NCBI RefSeq assembly: GCF_009914755.1
Contig: NC_060926.1
Length of the DNA: 64,000 bases
DNA from: the human T2T-CHM13v2.0 reference genome, Homo sapiens
Strand: one strand, 5' to 3'
A program made the position numbers and the translations under genes. This document shows, one piece after another, positions 15,165 through 31,510 of the stretch. The stretch's first letter is position 1. Every line of letters begins with the position of its first letter. Below the pieces are notes generated by a model. It ran no database searches, was not told where the DNA came from, and worked only from the letters and a program-made list of their open reading frames with translations.

Positions 15165-16091
15165 TTATTTCTCTGTAATTTCAAAGTACTGACTTTCCTT
15201 AAAGTAAATTATGTCAAGAGATAATTTAAACTTGTGGTAATCACTGAGGCTCAAGCCTGAGTTAATGTGCTGCACTGTATGGATTCAGTTCTATCTATGG
15301 ATCCTCCTGCCACAGCCCACCTACAGCCTATAGTTCTAAACCTACATTTGCAAATAGCTGAGAAGGAACTGGGTCACCTTGATTTAATCCACCCACCCTC
15401 CCTTCACTCTGGCTGTCTTTGCTATGGAGTAGTTTTGCAAGTAGACAGTTGAGTAAGTGTCTAGGAAGAGAACAGCAGCGACAGTAATAAGCAATGGGTA
15501 GGCACCATCGTCAGGGAGGGTATGTGTTTATATGCTTTTTACCACTGCACAGTAACACAGAAAATATGATTTGAGAGTTAGTCCTCTGTTTTAGTGTGGA
15601 ACACTTAAATACATCCCAACAGGAAGCAATCCTGAGTTTATAAGCGAAGTTGTAAGCACATTAAACAAAGGTTTTAACTCATGGTGCTCTTAAAGAGGAA
15701 AAATGTAAACATTCATGAGTGACTAAAATATCATTTTTATATAACTCATGCCTTTGGCCACATACGTATTTTTGTTTCTGATTGGTTTTATACTTTGAAA
15801 ACCTAAAACCACTAAAACTTGGTCGTGTAATTTGGAAATCTTTGCTTCAACTGATAGAGATCGAGGGTGACCAAGTAGGGAGTAAAGCTGCATGACTATC
15901 GCCTGAAAACATCAAACCACAATTAACTGAAATACTTCGTTTTCCATTCCTCCCTTTATCCCTTACTTCTTTACTCCACCACTTTTTACATCAGTTTGCA
16001 GTGTTGGCAACAATAATTCAATAATCGAAAATCCTGTCACCAAGTTTGAAGTGCTTTTTTTGGAGCAAGAAGATAGGAAAAGTGAGCTGCC

Positions 16092-16116
16092 TTGCAAGTT
16101 GCAAGTTGCAAGTTGC
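16092..16116. repeat. (TTGCAAG)3.5 heptamer repeat in intron 12
   Basis: Seen directly. Confidence 0.9.
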
Positions 16117-16412
16117 TTTCTTCTTGCTTTATTATGCAAGTGTCTTTACAGCCACAACTCTATCTTTCCACAAAAATTAGTGCATGTCCTTGGCAGAATA
16201 TTGGTATTTCTAGCATATCTGAAAACATATACTGGAACTGCAAATCCATTTATAACACAATCAAGTCTGCACTCAGTATTATAGTGTAAAATATTTTTAG
16301 CATTCCTTCTCAACTAGTGCAATTTCACAAAAGACAATATAGCTATGCATTTATTTATTCATTCAATAGATTATTTGTCCTTTCTTTCACCCTTCATTTC
16401 ATTTTGTCCTTA

Positions 16413-16634
<222 letters not shown>

Positions 16635-17509
16635 CTATTCTTGTGATAATGCTCTGAAACTGGTAAGAAATGCTTTCTCGTAATTCCTTGTCCACAGCTT
16701 TGGAAATTATTTTTAAGGTTCAAGTCCAGATTTCCAAAGGCTCTTAGTTTCAATGTGGCAACACTATTTACTTGGACTTTTGGGGATGGAGGGAACATCC
16801 AGTTTTGTCACTTGAGTATCTTGGAGTCTGACAACTTTCGAAATTGGACATGGAATACAGGATGTAACTACAAAAAATTCAGACGTGTTGACACAGATAA
16901 AAACTTATACATTCAAATGAAGTGACCTTAGAATAATACTTATAGAATGGTACATTGCTTAAAATATTTTGAAAATCCCTTTTCAGCAATGGTATACTAA
17001 CCATGTCACTCCATTACCCACTATGACCCCAAGAAAGTCTTATTAATTGATATTCATACTTTTTTCTTTTTAAACCAAAACATGTACCATCCAACATTTA
17101 CTTGCTTGATTCATTACACTGTTTTAAATTACTTTGTTTTATATAAAAAAATCAAATCTACCTTCAAAATGCACACATTTTCTATGACTCAGACATTCAG
17201 AAGAATGCACGGCAGACTTTGAAGGCACTTCCAAATGTTTTGCCTGATGGCGAGAGCCCTGAAATAAATGTGACTCTTCCAAGGGTGTAAATTTTGAAGG
17301 GAACCATCTTAATTTGAATGTTTTAGTTCCAAATGAACAAAAACCCAGCACATTCCTTTGAGATCAGACTGCATTCAATTCATTAGTCATTTGTATAACT
17401 GAAAACAATTAACATATTTGGAATTCTGCGATCTCAAAAAAGAGCACCACAGTACATTCCTGCTTCTACTCAAAGGTCAAAAGATGGGGTGCTTTTAAAA
17501 GTTGGGTTA

Positions 17510-17827
<318 letters not shown>

Positions 17828-18318
17828 TCAATGAGACTCCATGCTGCTGAGTCCTAATCAGGGTGGTGGCCTTGAAATGCTAGGAAGACTACATCTGACC
17901 AGAATGCACAAGATAAAAAATCCTAGTGTTTCTAACTTATAAAACAAACCAACTCAATAGTAATGAATTGAAGTCAGGTAAAAATTGGCGTGAGATGAAT
18001 GTAAAAATTTCCTAGCACTGGTAAAGCAGATTTGATAAATTTCAGAAACTGAACAATGACTGAAGCTTTTTAATTCAAACAAATTTTGACCATTTTACAA
18101 TCTCTACCCCAAATTTCTTCACAGTTCCTGGCTCATTTCTTTGAATGAAGAATGTATTTGCTTTTTGCCATGATAAAAAATGTATGGTCTCTGAACTTTG
18201 GGGCCTTTAAAAAGTGCCAATTTATAACAGTAGTGCCAGCTCAGATACTGAAATTTAATCATTGAATTTCTAGAATAAAAGACGAATACTCCACTTACTA
18301 TAAAAACCACTAGTTAGG

Positions 18319-18606
<288 letters not shown>

Positions 18607-18739
18607 TAGTTTTTACTACAGGATAAATTAATTTGAAGCTACACAAATCTGGAAATTAAAAAAAGAACCCAGTTTCCTTTTAATTTCCACAGTTAATCTC
18701 TGTAGGGAGAACTGTGAGATAGTGTTGTCGGGTGAGCAA

Positions 18740-19650
18740 AAAACATCTCCTGCACATGGGGAGCTTACTTGCTACTGAGGGTGACTGACAATAAACCATG
18801 AATATGATATATTATAGTTACACTCTATTAGAATGAGGCAAGTGCAATGGGAAAAACAGCAGCATAAGCATTGGAAGTGTTGGGGGCGTTGCAATTTTAA
18901 GTGGGGTGGTCAGGATAGACCTCAATGGGAATGAGCCATGTGGAGATCTGGAGAAAGACAGTGCTGGTGGAGGAGGAGCCATGCAGAGATCCTGAGGGGA
19001 GAGTACGCCTATAATGTTTGAGGAAAAGTGGGGAGCCAATTGTGGCTGCAGTAGAGTGAGTGAAGAGGGGGATATTAGCAGGTGTGGTCAGAAGGGCAAC
19101 AGGGCACTCAATCATGTCAAGGGATGTAGGCTATTTTAAGGATTTAGTGTTTACTAAGAGAAATGGGAAGGTTATCAACAAGGAAAGGTCATGATGTGAC
19201 ATGTATTTTTCAGTTATCTGTACTCTGGCTGCCTAGTGGAAAACAGACTGTGGAAGGCAAAGAATAAAAGCAGAGAGACCATTCCAGTAATTATTAAAAA
19301 CATCCAGGTGAAGAATGACAGTAGCTTGGACCAGGGGGTAGCAATGAAGGTAATAAGAATTTGTTGGATTCTGGGTATATTTTGAAGGTTGAGTTCATTG
19401 GATTCCTGATGAAGGATGCATGAGAAACAGAAGAATCATGAATGATCCAGGTTTTTGGCTTCAGCAGCAGCGAGGACGAGGCCTCTATTAACTGAGATTG
19501 GAAAGACTGTGGGTGGAGGAGGTTTGGTGGAGAAAAGTTCCATTTGAGATGCCTGTCAGGCATTCAAATGAACATGCTGACTGTGGATTAATCTGGTGTT
19601 CAGGTAGAGGACATTTACATCTCCAGGCTGGAGATATACATTTGGAAACA
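18740..19650 (-). mobile_element. L2 fragment
   Basis: GAGCCATGTGGAGATCTGG and GGATTCTGGGTATATTTTGAAGGT...TTTGAGATGCCTGT L2 motifs. Confidence 0.7.
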
Positions 19651-21309
19651 AATGACAAAATGCACTGAATATACTGAGATCAAATTGGCAGACATTCTTC
19701 TCCAGAACTCATTTCTCCTTTTCTTCCACTTACAAAAGTATTACCCATTACCATTTTTTATAGAACACAACTCTTTAGCTATAAGAAGCATAATTTAAGA
19801 GAGAAATAGACAAAATGGAATGTATTCAGAGATGAATGACCATCATCAGTTGTCAAATATACAAAATACACATGGAATAAGGGTGATGTCAAGAACACTG
19901 CCAATGGGAGAGAGTTATGAAATAAAAACAGGCAGATTTCTATTGTACACAGAAGGGCTTCATAACTGTTACATCTGTCCACCAGTGGACTGGCTGCCTC
20001 TGGAAGCAGTGAGTGAGCCTTGCAGCAACTAAATATTTCAAAAAGAATGTTTTATAGAAGACAGTCTAGCTGCATGACCCCTTAGAATATGTGCAAACTC
20101 TAACATCCTACCGTTCTCAATATAAAATTATAAGTTGACTTATTCAACAAATATTTATTATACCTATTACGTAAGTAAGGGACTATCACAGGTACTGTGG
20201 GAAAAGGAACATGAGCAAGAACTCCTCCCTTTAAAAGGGATTCCGGTGAAGTAGGAAGACAAAACGTAATTACAACCTTCCAGCATGAAGGAAGGAGGCA
20301 GTAAAGATGTCCAAGTAGAGGTGATGGGAATCAGAGGAGAAAGATGGTCTGCAGCTGAGAGGTCCAGGGAAGAGCAGATGGCATTAGAGGAGGGCCTGGA
20401 AGGATCTGGAAAATGTGAACATTGTCCGAGAAGGAAATAAAGACTCTAAGCCCATAAAGATCTAATTAAAAGCTCTTCTACAGTATGTCTAGTTAATTTT
20501 ACACAGAGAAACTTGAATACAAGAAGATTAAAACTTAGCAAAAGGGGCAGCTCAGTGGCAGAGCTGAGGAAATACTAACAAGTTCTCCTTCCCAGGCTTC
20601 TCTTCCAGAGATTTCAAGTTGCTTGGGACCAAGAACCCTGGGCTTTGAGTTGATCTCAAGGTTACACACTGAGACATGTAGCTTTTTGAAGCTGCTCTGG
20701 GAACAGAGTTCTCAGAATCCTTGGCCAGAGGAAGATTTCTCCCCTCATTACCACAGGGAGCTCAACTTTGGCAGTGCTGTTTCCATCGTGACCAGGAAGC
20801 ATCCATAATGTTGGGTTACTGGAGGCTCTGTGACAAGCACCTGTCCTTTTATTCTAGGGCAGCAATGTCTTAACTGCAGGGGGAGGGAGTAAGGAAGGTG
20901 GGGGTGAGTGAACACAGACTTCAGGTGGGTTCATCAGGGAGTTTCCAGGGGCTTTGGAAGAACTTCCAGCTGTAGCATGGGATGACCTGGCCTTCTCCAC
21001 CCTTGCTTTCCTTTTTCATTTCTTGCAGTCACCCCCTTCCAGCTTTTAAGCTACAGGTTCCTCCAAGAAAGCTGCAAAAGCAGAGCTCAAACAGCTTTTG
21101 TAGAAGAAAGGTTTAATGTAAATTCTGATATTTTGTTGGCAAAGGATGCTAATAAATGCCAGAGACATTTTTAGGAGCTGAGAGAGAAAAAAAATTTTGG
21201 AGAATATATCCGCATTAGGAAGGATCATTTAACCCTGTCCCTCGTTTGAAAGGGGTTCTTCCTTCTTCCCTTGTGTAAGTCTCATTCCCTGTTCTATCAA
21301 GTGAGCCAG

Positions 21310-21510
21310 GCAGTGTGACAGAGTGGGTAAAGCAAGGGCTCTGACCTTAGAGGTGTGTGTGAATGCCATTGCCGCCGCCCCTAGTGAGCAATGTGATCTT
21401 ACACAATTTACTGATACTCCATCACATCTCCTTTCTAAAATTACATCATGGATGTAAAGTGCTCGGCAGGATTCATGGCACCTCGTCTATGCTCTATAAA
21501 TGTTAATTTC
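21310..21510 (+). mobile_element. MIR fragment (donor of the 50-bp duplication)
   Basis: GGCAGTGTGACAGAGTGGGTAAAGCAAGGGCTCTG...TGTGATCTT...ATGTAAAGTGCTCGGCA...TAAATGTT. Confidence 0.6.
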
Positions 21511-22196
21511 TCTCATCTTCCTTGTCTGCCTTTTAAGAGAATGGCCGTATCTGCACATCTAAAGAATGAAACAGACTCTACTGCCAGAAGAGAGTGTACA
21601 AGGACACAATATTCCACAAACAAGATATCGCTATTAAACATGTACAACAAACGTTTATATTATATATTGGTATTATGCCAGGGTTTTTGGTGTCATTCAT
21701 AAATCAGACATCCAAATAACTGAAATTATAAGGAGAAATTTCTACCTTGATTTCCGAAAGTTTCTTTCTTATGATGTGGTTTCCAGAGTTCTCTGAGGGG
21801 TGAGATAAGGGGGCTTGCTAATTTTGGACAGGAAGGCTGTTTCAGAAACTCCATAACGATGACAAATGATTTGGAAGGATAATAAAAAGGAGAGATTTTC
21901 TTCAGCAGCTAAGGTGGGTGTGGGGAAGGAAGGAGAGGTCATTTGGAATTGTGGGGACAAAGGCCTCGAAGTCCAAGAGGAGGCTTGGCTTTTACTTCTT
22001 CCTAGATATGGCGGTGTGTGGAGTTCAGAACCTGGGTTTGCATCACTGCTTTGTCCTCTGCTGATTGTGTGCCCCAGAGTTAGGCATAGAGCCAAGCTTC
22101 AGTTTTACTTCCAGAGTGGAAGCTTACCCACTTTCAGTGGGATCGGAGTCCTCGGGATCAGAGCATACTGTGGACTAGGCAGCTTTTCACGGGCTA

Positions 22197-22198
<2 letters not shown>

Positions 22199-22266
<68 letters not shown>
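22199..22266. repeat. (TG)34 perfect microsatellite
   Basis: Counted directly: 68 bp, uninterrupted. Confidence 0.97.
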
Positions 22267-22268
<2 letters not shown>

Positions 22269-23022
22269 GCTTTCTAGATGAGTGGCAATCAGACTTAACT
22301 GGAGAGGAAATGTCTGCCCCATGAGACAAGGACATGTGAGATCCCTCATACAAATTTTCATGATCAGCACTGCGTCCATAAGAGACCTAGAATTTTTCAT
22401 GCTTTCTAACCTAATGCTTTGAAAGAAATCAGTGTAATTCTCACAGCTGTTCTCTACATGGGAGCTTGAGCTGACCCACAAGAAATCAGGCCTCCATGGA
22501 ACTAACCACAAAAATCCTCTACAAAAGCCCTGAGAGGGAAACTAAAATTTAGAACAAAGAAAGATTGTACTTCATGAAATTCCCAAGTCAAAAAGCAAAT
22601 TAGTGTTACTAAGGAAGTGATGTTATCATCTAAAGATGAAGACAACATATGGTTTTAAAGAGAGAAAAGCAAAATGACAGAAATAGCCTATCTTTTCCAA
22701 AAAAACCAGTAATGCTAATACTTAAAACCAATAAGAATTCCCTTCTTTAAAAAATGAAGTGTGAATTACAAGTATGATTTTTACAGCATAAATGAACTTT
22801 GACAAATAAACCTTTGCTTTTTCTCATTTTCATTTCAACTAGAATTTACAAAAACTTCTTGATATAAAATAGTGCTTTTTAAAGTACAATGTGTGGGCCA
22901 GTGCCAGTTTGCTGTTAATAGTCTGAGTGAACTTATACAAGCACAGAAACTGAGAATAAGAATTTAGAAACATATAGTAATCTGATAGAAATTTTATGTT
23001 TGCTGAATTTAATAAAAGATAG

Positions 23023-23337
<315 letters not shown>

Positions 23338-23632
23338 GTTTTGTTTTTTTAATTTACTTTTCCAGTTATTCATTTTTATTTTATTTTACAAAAGCATTGG
23401 CTTACATCTAAAGAGCACTGGTATAAGCCTTATTTTGGAAAATGAGGTTTAGCACATTACAAAGAAGCTTCTGATGGTATTAAGTCATAAAATAATCTAC
23501 GTTAGAGAACAATGCAAAATTCTTGTAAGTACATTAACCATAGAGAGAGGCAAAGGGGAAACATTTCATAAAATGCATTCAAGTTAGCCAGAAAACCAGG
23601 AAGGTGATTACCAAGAGGACGTTGTCAGGTTA

Positions 23633-23884
<252 letters not shown>

Positions 23885-26229
23885 TTAAAGATTAGCAATT
23901 CTTCAGTTTTTAACGTAAAATTTAGTGTGCTACGTTACATATTAATGATTAATTTTCTGTGAAAGAGCCTCTTCTGATCTCCAGCATGCCTTACCTGCCC
24001 TACTAGACAGGTTAAACTCCCCAGTTATTAATATTTTCCTTTATAGCCCTTATTAAAATAAAATCAATAGCCACTGTGTGATTATTATTTAATGTGAGCC
24101 CTCCATGAGTGCAAGGACCAAGCGTACATGGTTAACCATCATATCTAAAGTGCTCGGCAGGATTCATGGCACCTCGTCTATGCTCTATAAATGTTCTAAA
24201 GAACATGGTGCCTGGCATATAGTAGCTGCTTAATATTTTTGAGTTAACCAATCAATGGAAAATAGATTTAAACAAGCTAGGGGCCTAAAAGAGTAACATG
24301 CCGGGGCTTACTATGTACGTTGTTATTAAACTGGTTCTTTTAAAACCTGCTTTTTAGTAAGTATACACAAATACACAAATATATTCTTCCATCTGTATTA
24401 TCTATTTACTTATTTTCTGTTTTAAAATAATGTAAACAAATCCTGGAATCTGATATCCACATACTACATTCTAAGTAGGGCTATACCATATCAGCAAGAC
24501 GTCTATAACATCTCTGTTTCCTGATTGTTTCTTTACTTTCTGCTCTTGCCTCCAGCAGACTAGGATTCTTCTGGGGTAAAGCTGATGAGATTTTATTTGT
24601 TTTGACCATGGATCTCTCACTGTACCTGTCACATAAATATCTGTGATTCCACCAAAGGACAAAATGTAGCAGAGGTATAATGGCAACTGCTGACCTCAGA
24701 ATAGTCAGCTTTCCATTCAGTCACTATTTCCTAAGCTGGGGAAGATTTCCCCAAACTTGCCTTTTCACCTTGGCTCTTAAATGAGTTCATTCCAGCATCC
24801 TATGGATATTGTCTTCTTTCTTGGATCTCATTACTTGAGGTTTATGCCTCTCAGAAGTGATCATCCTTAATTACTCCAAATTATTTTGCTCTGTTTATTC
24901 AAAGGTATAGGATTATTCCTTTGAACATGCATGGAATTGGGCAGCATTTATATATAGAACTGATTTTAATGATCCGAGTCACTGGTTTCCTGTAATCCAT
25001 GTTAAAATCCTTTGCATCATTACTATAGATCTTGCAGATGAGTGCTGGTACACATCCTTGGGAGGCCAAAGACTGGCCCCCAGCAGTGTGGCTACAGGGA
25101 GCCAAGGTGAGCTCTTCATGAATTTTAAAATCTGTTACTGGTGTTTTCAGGTCACAAAATGGTTGTCTCATATTTTCTATACAGGAAACTGTGTCATTTC
25201 TTTGCTCTCTGGGGTCCATAGGAACATTCAGTTTCTTTGTCAGTGTGAATTTATTTTTGAGACTCATAGCCAGAGGCTGGGAATGGACATGCTCAGTTGC
25301 AGAGCTTCCAGAGTAAAGAGATGCTTCTTCCCATTCAATCTGGCAGGGATTCAGGACTGCTCTTCCTGATGCTTATTTGGAGTGAATACACCATTAATTC
25401 ACCTCCCTTTCTTTGCTCTTATCACATACTTGGGCTGGCCTAGTTTCCCTCAGGTTGGTAATGAATATTTAATTACTTTTGCTTTCTGCCTCTGTTGCCT
25501 ACAAGAGGTCTGTGAATGGGAGAGGTTTGTGTGATAGAACTAGAATACGTACTTGCAAAGGAAAGTGGTTCTTTAAAAGATCACTAACTCTTACTCCTTT
25601 ACTTCCTGTATTCAAGGCTACAGGTCTTCTTTGGAACCACCTTGTTCTAGTCCTTGAAGCAAAGACAAATTGGAGAGCCATGGAAGCAAATCTTAATTTA
25701 AATGTTAGCTAAGAAAATTAAGCTCCACTGAGCTTTTCTTTGACTGGGCCCCTTCTCCTACAGTGGCTGATGGGTCCCCCACAGAAGGCCCCTAAAGCTT
25801 CTTTCAGCTTTCTGGCCCCAAAACTTGAGTCCGGGCTTGGGTCTCACTCAGCTAATCGAAGATGGTGATGAGGATGCCAGCGGGGCATGGATGACAGGCA
25901 GGGTAAGGTGGGTTAACTCAAGCCTGAGAAGCCTGAAATCTGTAATGGTATAGATCCTACTCTTTTCTCTATCATTTTTGGTGAATGTAATTGCTCTGTA
26001 TGTATTTTGGTGAACATGGACCAGCCTTGGATACTCAAATATTGGTAACATAGTTTAATTTTATACTTCTTTCATATTCTGAAATTTGACTGTTTAATAC
26101 TTACAACTCAGAAAAAAGAAGAAATTATAAGCTAAGTTTTTTAATTTGGTATAATAATCATCAATGATTTAGAAAAATAATGCAAAAAATACCTCACAAG
26201 AAATTGTGCCTTTTTAGAAAAGAGTATTA

Positions 26230-26355
<126 letters not shown>

Positions 26356-27006
26356 CTAGTTAGTTTCTTTGAATTATGCCTTTTCTTCAGATTTTAACTC
26401 CTCACACTTTAAGCTGGGAGGTAATGTGTCAGAAGAAATAAAATATACATGTTTAGAAATCTTTTCACACTCTTCTCCTAGAATAAAACGATTTCACACA
26501 CAGTTCTTTAACTCTTACCTATTGTCACCTGAATATCATCTGGCTCATCATTTGGTCTAATTAAGTGAAATATGTTAAGTCTTAAGGGAAATAATTCATC
26601 ACCCCAATTACATCATAAATTCTTTTACATAACAGAAGACTAAGATAAAATATAGGCCTGTTTTTCTCAAGTGGGAAAGAATAATTAGGATGCAGCTCTG
26701 TTTTTGGCTTTATAGATAGTTTTAGTAGAGCATTTATACTTTTGCTTTTTGAACCAAAGAAAAATTTAAAAACTGAAAAATGAATTTGTCTTTACCTGTC
26801 AACTTTTGCAGACTGGAAGCATCATCTATAAATATATTTTTATACAAGCACATTGGCTACACTTAGTTAAATGTACCTTGAAATCAAGCTATTTAATTGT
26901 TAAATTAATTCATTTCAGTCTTTGAGATCATTTGACATATGAAACCATTCCCCTCCAAATTACAGAAGACAACCGTATTGTGCAATGAGGTACCCAAAAG
27001 GCATCA

Positions 27007-27264
<258 letters not shown>

Positions 27265-27789
27265 TCAATATTATTTTCAGAGTTTTGAGCATTCTGGAGT
27301 GTTAATTTTAGCAAAAGGCACTCCAGCTTGAATTAGGTTTTAAAGTGGACTAGACTCCAGCAGTTCTTTCTTGGTGGAAAAACAATAATTTTCATCTTTT
27401 CTCTTGGAACAATTTGATTATAAGCCAGGAGACCAGAATTCTAGCTCACGCTTCATCGTTTAATTGCTGTATGATCTCAGGAGAATACAACAAAAAAATC
27501 AAAATTAATGTTTTTAATTCAATGTCCACAAAATATGTCAAATAGCCAATAAAAAAACCCATTTCTTTAAAGTTACATAAAATGTTTATTTAATGTGGGG
27601 TATAATTGCATTTTAAGTATATTTGATATAAAGCGGAATTGGACCTCCAAAAGTAGGAATATCCAGGGCCCTCTTAAAATGGTGCTGCTCATGTTTATAT
27701 CTATCTGTAATCCTTTCTATATATATGATAACTAATATATAATTCCTCTAGTAGCTGGAAATAGCTGTAACTATTATTTATTGCTATAC

Positions 27790-28212
27790 TATTACCGGCT
27801 AACATTTATTGAGGGCTTACTAGTGCCAGGCACTATTCTAAGTGCTTTACATTTATTATTTCACTTAAACTCACAAAGCTCTATGAAACGGGTACTTTTT
27901 TCCCTCATATTATATCTGAGAAAACCAAACACAGAAGTAATAAGTAATTTACCCAAGGCCATGCATTTAGTACACAGTGGAACAGAACTCAAGCCTATGG
28001 ATGATTCTAGAGTCCACATTTTAAAAATGTTTACTGTTTAATTACAAAGGATATAGCTGAAGAGACGTATAGGATGAGGTATGGGGAAAGGGGTGTGGAG
28101 GTTCCAGCCCTCCCTGGGTGTATCACCCTCTAGGAACCGCCACATGTTCAGTTATCTGGAAGCCCCTAGAGTCAGTCCCCAATTTTAACACCTAGACACA
28201 TACTGCCTCTAC
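27790..28212 (-). mobile_element. MIR interrupted by a ~150-bp MER21/MER4-like LTR fragment (28015-28165)
   Basis: ATTTATTGAGGGCTTACTAGTGCCAGGCACTATTCTAAGTGCTTTACA MIR motif; the insert resembles 10855-11010. Confidence 0.7.
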
Positions 28213-29639
28213 TGAAGTTACTCATTTGCTTTGTAATTTTACTTGGTTATAACTTCTAAGATGCCAGAAATGAAACATTTTCTGGTTAATATTGTGAGAC
28301 ACTTTATTTTCAACAAGAAAAGTACAAAGAAATTTTAGATGGGGTAGAGAGGAATACAAATATTTTGTTAAATTAGACTGCAGAGTAAACCATACCTAAA
28401 TAATTCAACTAAAATAAATGTCATCTTTTTAAAAAAAATAACCCATTTGTTTTTAAGTTCATAAAAACTTTATGTTGACCTCTTGTAAATCTAGTCCAAG
28501 TGGTGCATATATGATTTATAGCCAGGTCTTAGTGAAGCCAATTTGAAAATCATACAACGCCATTCAGTTTTGCTTGCTGTTTCTGGCAGAAAGACGATCC
28601 TAATATTCACCTCACAAAATTGTTTTGAGAATTAATGAGCCAATGCATTCAGGTGCTTTGAATGTTGTAAAATGCTAGACAAATGCTGGTGATCATTATC
28701 ATGACTTTTGGTAAAAGTTATTAGCTGTGATCTAGTTATATATAGTGGTAACAGTTAACAGAGACAAGGAAAATTAGCCAAAACTTACAAACAACATCAT
28801 TGTTTCATTAAATGTGTAGACACTGCCAACTTGAAATAAGAACTTAAGGCCTGTGGCAACTCTCGGGAAAGAATTCATATGAACTGAGCACCTCCATGTA
28901 CAAAGACAGGCTAGGTGTCAAGGGAAGCTGGGTCTCTGCATACATGTGGAAGATGGGATCACCAGTGCTAATAGTGCCAAAAGTTATCACCCCTAAGGAA
29001 TGTCAGCTTGTGAATACAGAATGGCTTCCAGGACAAAGAGCTCAATCTACACTATCTGAACAAATGACCCAACACTATTCTGTATCATTAATGTCCAAAT
29101 GACTTCAGAACCAAATCCCAAATTCTTCTTTATCTCTGTATTAGAGAATACATAAGAGATCTGACTCAATCATAAGGCAACCAACTGTCCACTTAAAAGA
29201 TCTCCTGTCTCCTGAATATTTTAATGTTTTGGGTAACTTTTATATCTTAGAGTTCAGTCTAGAATTTATTAGCTGTGTGATTTTGAGTGAGTTGCTCAAA
29301 TTTCCTGTACCTCAGTTGTGTAAAATGGGAACAATAATAGTGTTTATTAGTGTTCATGTGAGGCTTCAATGTTAATATAGGTAAAATGCATACATGTAGT
29401 AAACTGTGTTCACCATGACTATGTTGTTGTTATTTAGAAAAATGAAATAACACTTTGAAAGGCCTTTTCTATGTCGTACCTCAAGGTTGTCAATCAGCTT
29501 AAGGTCAGAAGCTAAGTTGAACTCAAGGCTAAAAATTTCATATTTGTCAGATGTGGAGGCCAGGTCCCGAAAAGGAATTGGATAACTGGGGATACAGATG
29601 CTTCCATATCTACACTGTTCTTAATGTATTTCATTTAAA

Positions 29640-31510
29640 TAAAAGGACCCGAAGTAAGTAATGCATCATTTCTCTCTTGACTGCTTTCACCATATTTGGG
29701 GAGTTTTCAGCTATTTTTTTTTTCAAATATTTTTTCAGCCTCTCATTCTTTATCTTCTTTTGGGATTCCAACAACACAAATGCTAAAACCTTTGTTATGG
29801 TCCCACTGGTCTCTGAGGCTCAGTTCACTTTTTAAAATCTATTTTCTAAGCCAAGCATAGTGGCTCACACCTATAATCCCAGCACTTTGAAAGGCTAAAG
29901 TGGGAGAATTGCTTAAGGCCAGGAGTTTGAGACAAGCCTAGGCAACATAGTGAGACCCTGCCTCTACAAAAATTTTTAAAAATTGGTGGTTGTGGTGGTG
30001 TGCGCCTGTAGTTCCAGCTACTCAGCGGGCTTGTGGTGGGAGGATTGCCTGAGCCCAGGTGGTCAAGGCTGCAGTGAGCTATGATCACACCACTGCACCC
30101 CAGCCTGAATGACACAGCGAGACCCTGTCTCTAAAAAAAAATAAATTAAAAAATACATATTTTCTCTTTGTTGTTTAACTTGGATAATTTCTACTTATCT
30201 TCACTTCAAGTTCATCTTCACTCTGTCATGTCTATTCTGCTATTAAGCCCATAATCCGGTGAGTTCCTTTTAGTTATTATATTTTTCAGTTCTAAAATTT
30301 CCATTTGGTTCTTCCTAATATCTATTTCTTTTCGGATATTTCCTTTTTTTTTTTTTTTCATTTGTTTCAAGAGTGTTCATAATTGCTTGTTGGGGGCATT
30401 TTTATGATAGCTGCTTTTCTTGTCTGATAATTACAACATCTGTGTCATCTTGACGTTGCTGTTGGTGTCTGCCAATTGTCCTTTTTTATTTTTTTCCTGG
30501 TTATTTCCAGAGTAACTTTTGATGAGTAATTCTGAATGGTATCTTTGATATTTGAGTATTATTTGACTCTGGTTCCTACTAAATCTTTAAAATTGTAACC
30601 TGTAGTCAATTTGTTTAGATTTAGAATGCTCTTTTGTAGACTGTGATCCAAATGTCAACCTAGTTTACAAAGTTTTTTTTAAATGCTACTGCAGTGCTAT
30701 TGTGCCTGCCCCACTTGTATATTACCCAAATGGCAGGACTCTGCTCCACATTCTCTGTGGCACTGGGTGGGAGGGAGAGGTATTGCAGGTAGGGTGGAAG
30801 TCAAAGCTGTGCCCACAAACTGGGTTGGGGAATAGTACTATTTTACATGTAGCTGTAGGATGGGCATAGATGATAGAGTTCTCACCAGTCTCAGCTGCCT
30901 CATTACTGCAGGTCAGGGATGAAGATACAGCTCTCCCCATAGACTTGGGCTGAGAGGTTGCTGCTTCTACTATAGGGTGGAGAAGAAAGTCAGGATCCCA
31001 CTCACAAGCTCAGCAAAGGAGGGATACCAGTTTCTGCAAGGCAGGAATGGAAGGAAGCTAGAGTTCCACTCACAGGTTTGCAGCAGAGTGCACCACTGCT
31101 ATTGCAAGGTGGTGGTGGAAAACTGGCTTGTACCTAGACTCTGCTGCTGCAGCATCCACTGAGAAGGTGTAGCAGAAGGGTCTCTGTTTACCTAGAGAAT
31201 GGAAGGTATGACTGAAAGGTTTCTGTGCTGCTGGGCTGCCCTTTTCCCACTGCGTTAGCTAGAAAGAGCAGCCTTTTTTGGGGATTATTTTTAATCTCTG
31301 CCAGGTGGCATTTATGGTTCGTGGGCTTCTCTGGTGCCCAGGCTGGGATAATATTGGAGGTTAAAACAGACAAAATTAGCCACCAGGGAACTCGCTGCTA
31401 GGTTGTTTCTGGAATCCTGAGGTGCTTAGTCTGCCTTCCAACTTTTCAGAGTCTTCTGATAGTTGATGTATATGTTTTGTCCAGGGCCTTTTGTTATAAT
31501 TATTGGGAGT
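29640..31510 (-). mobile_element. Ancient L1M fragments with an AluJ (+) at 29849-30153
   Basis: T-rich reverse L1 motifs (TTTTTCAGTTCTAAAATTTCCATTTGGTTC); forward Alu consensus inside. Confidence 0.65.

Noticed and set aside
21866-22511. ORFs with CVCVCV / HTHTHT runs (152 aa etc.)
   Set aside because: Artefact of the (TG)34 microsatellite.
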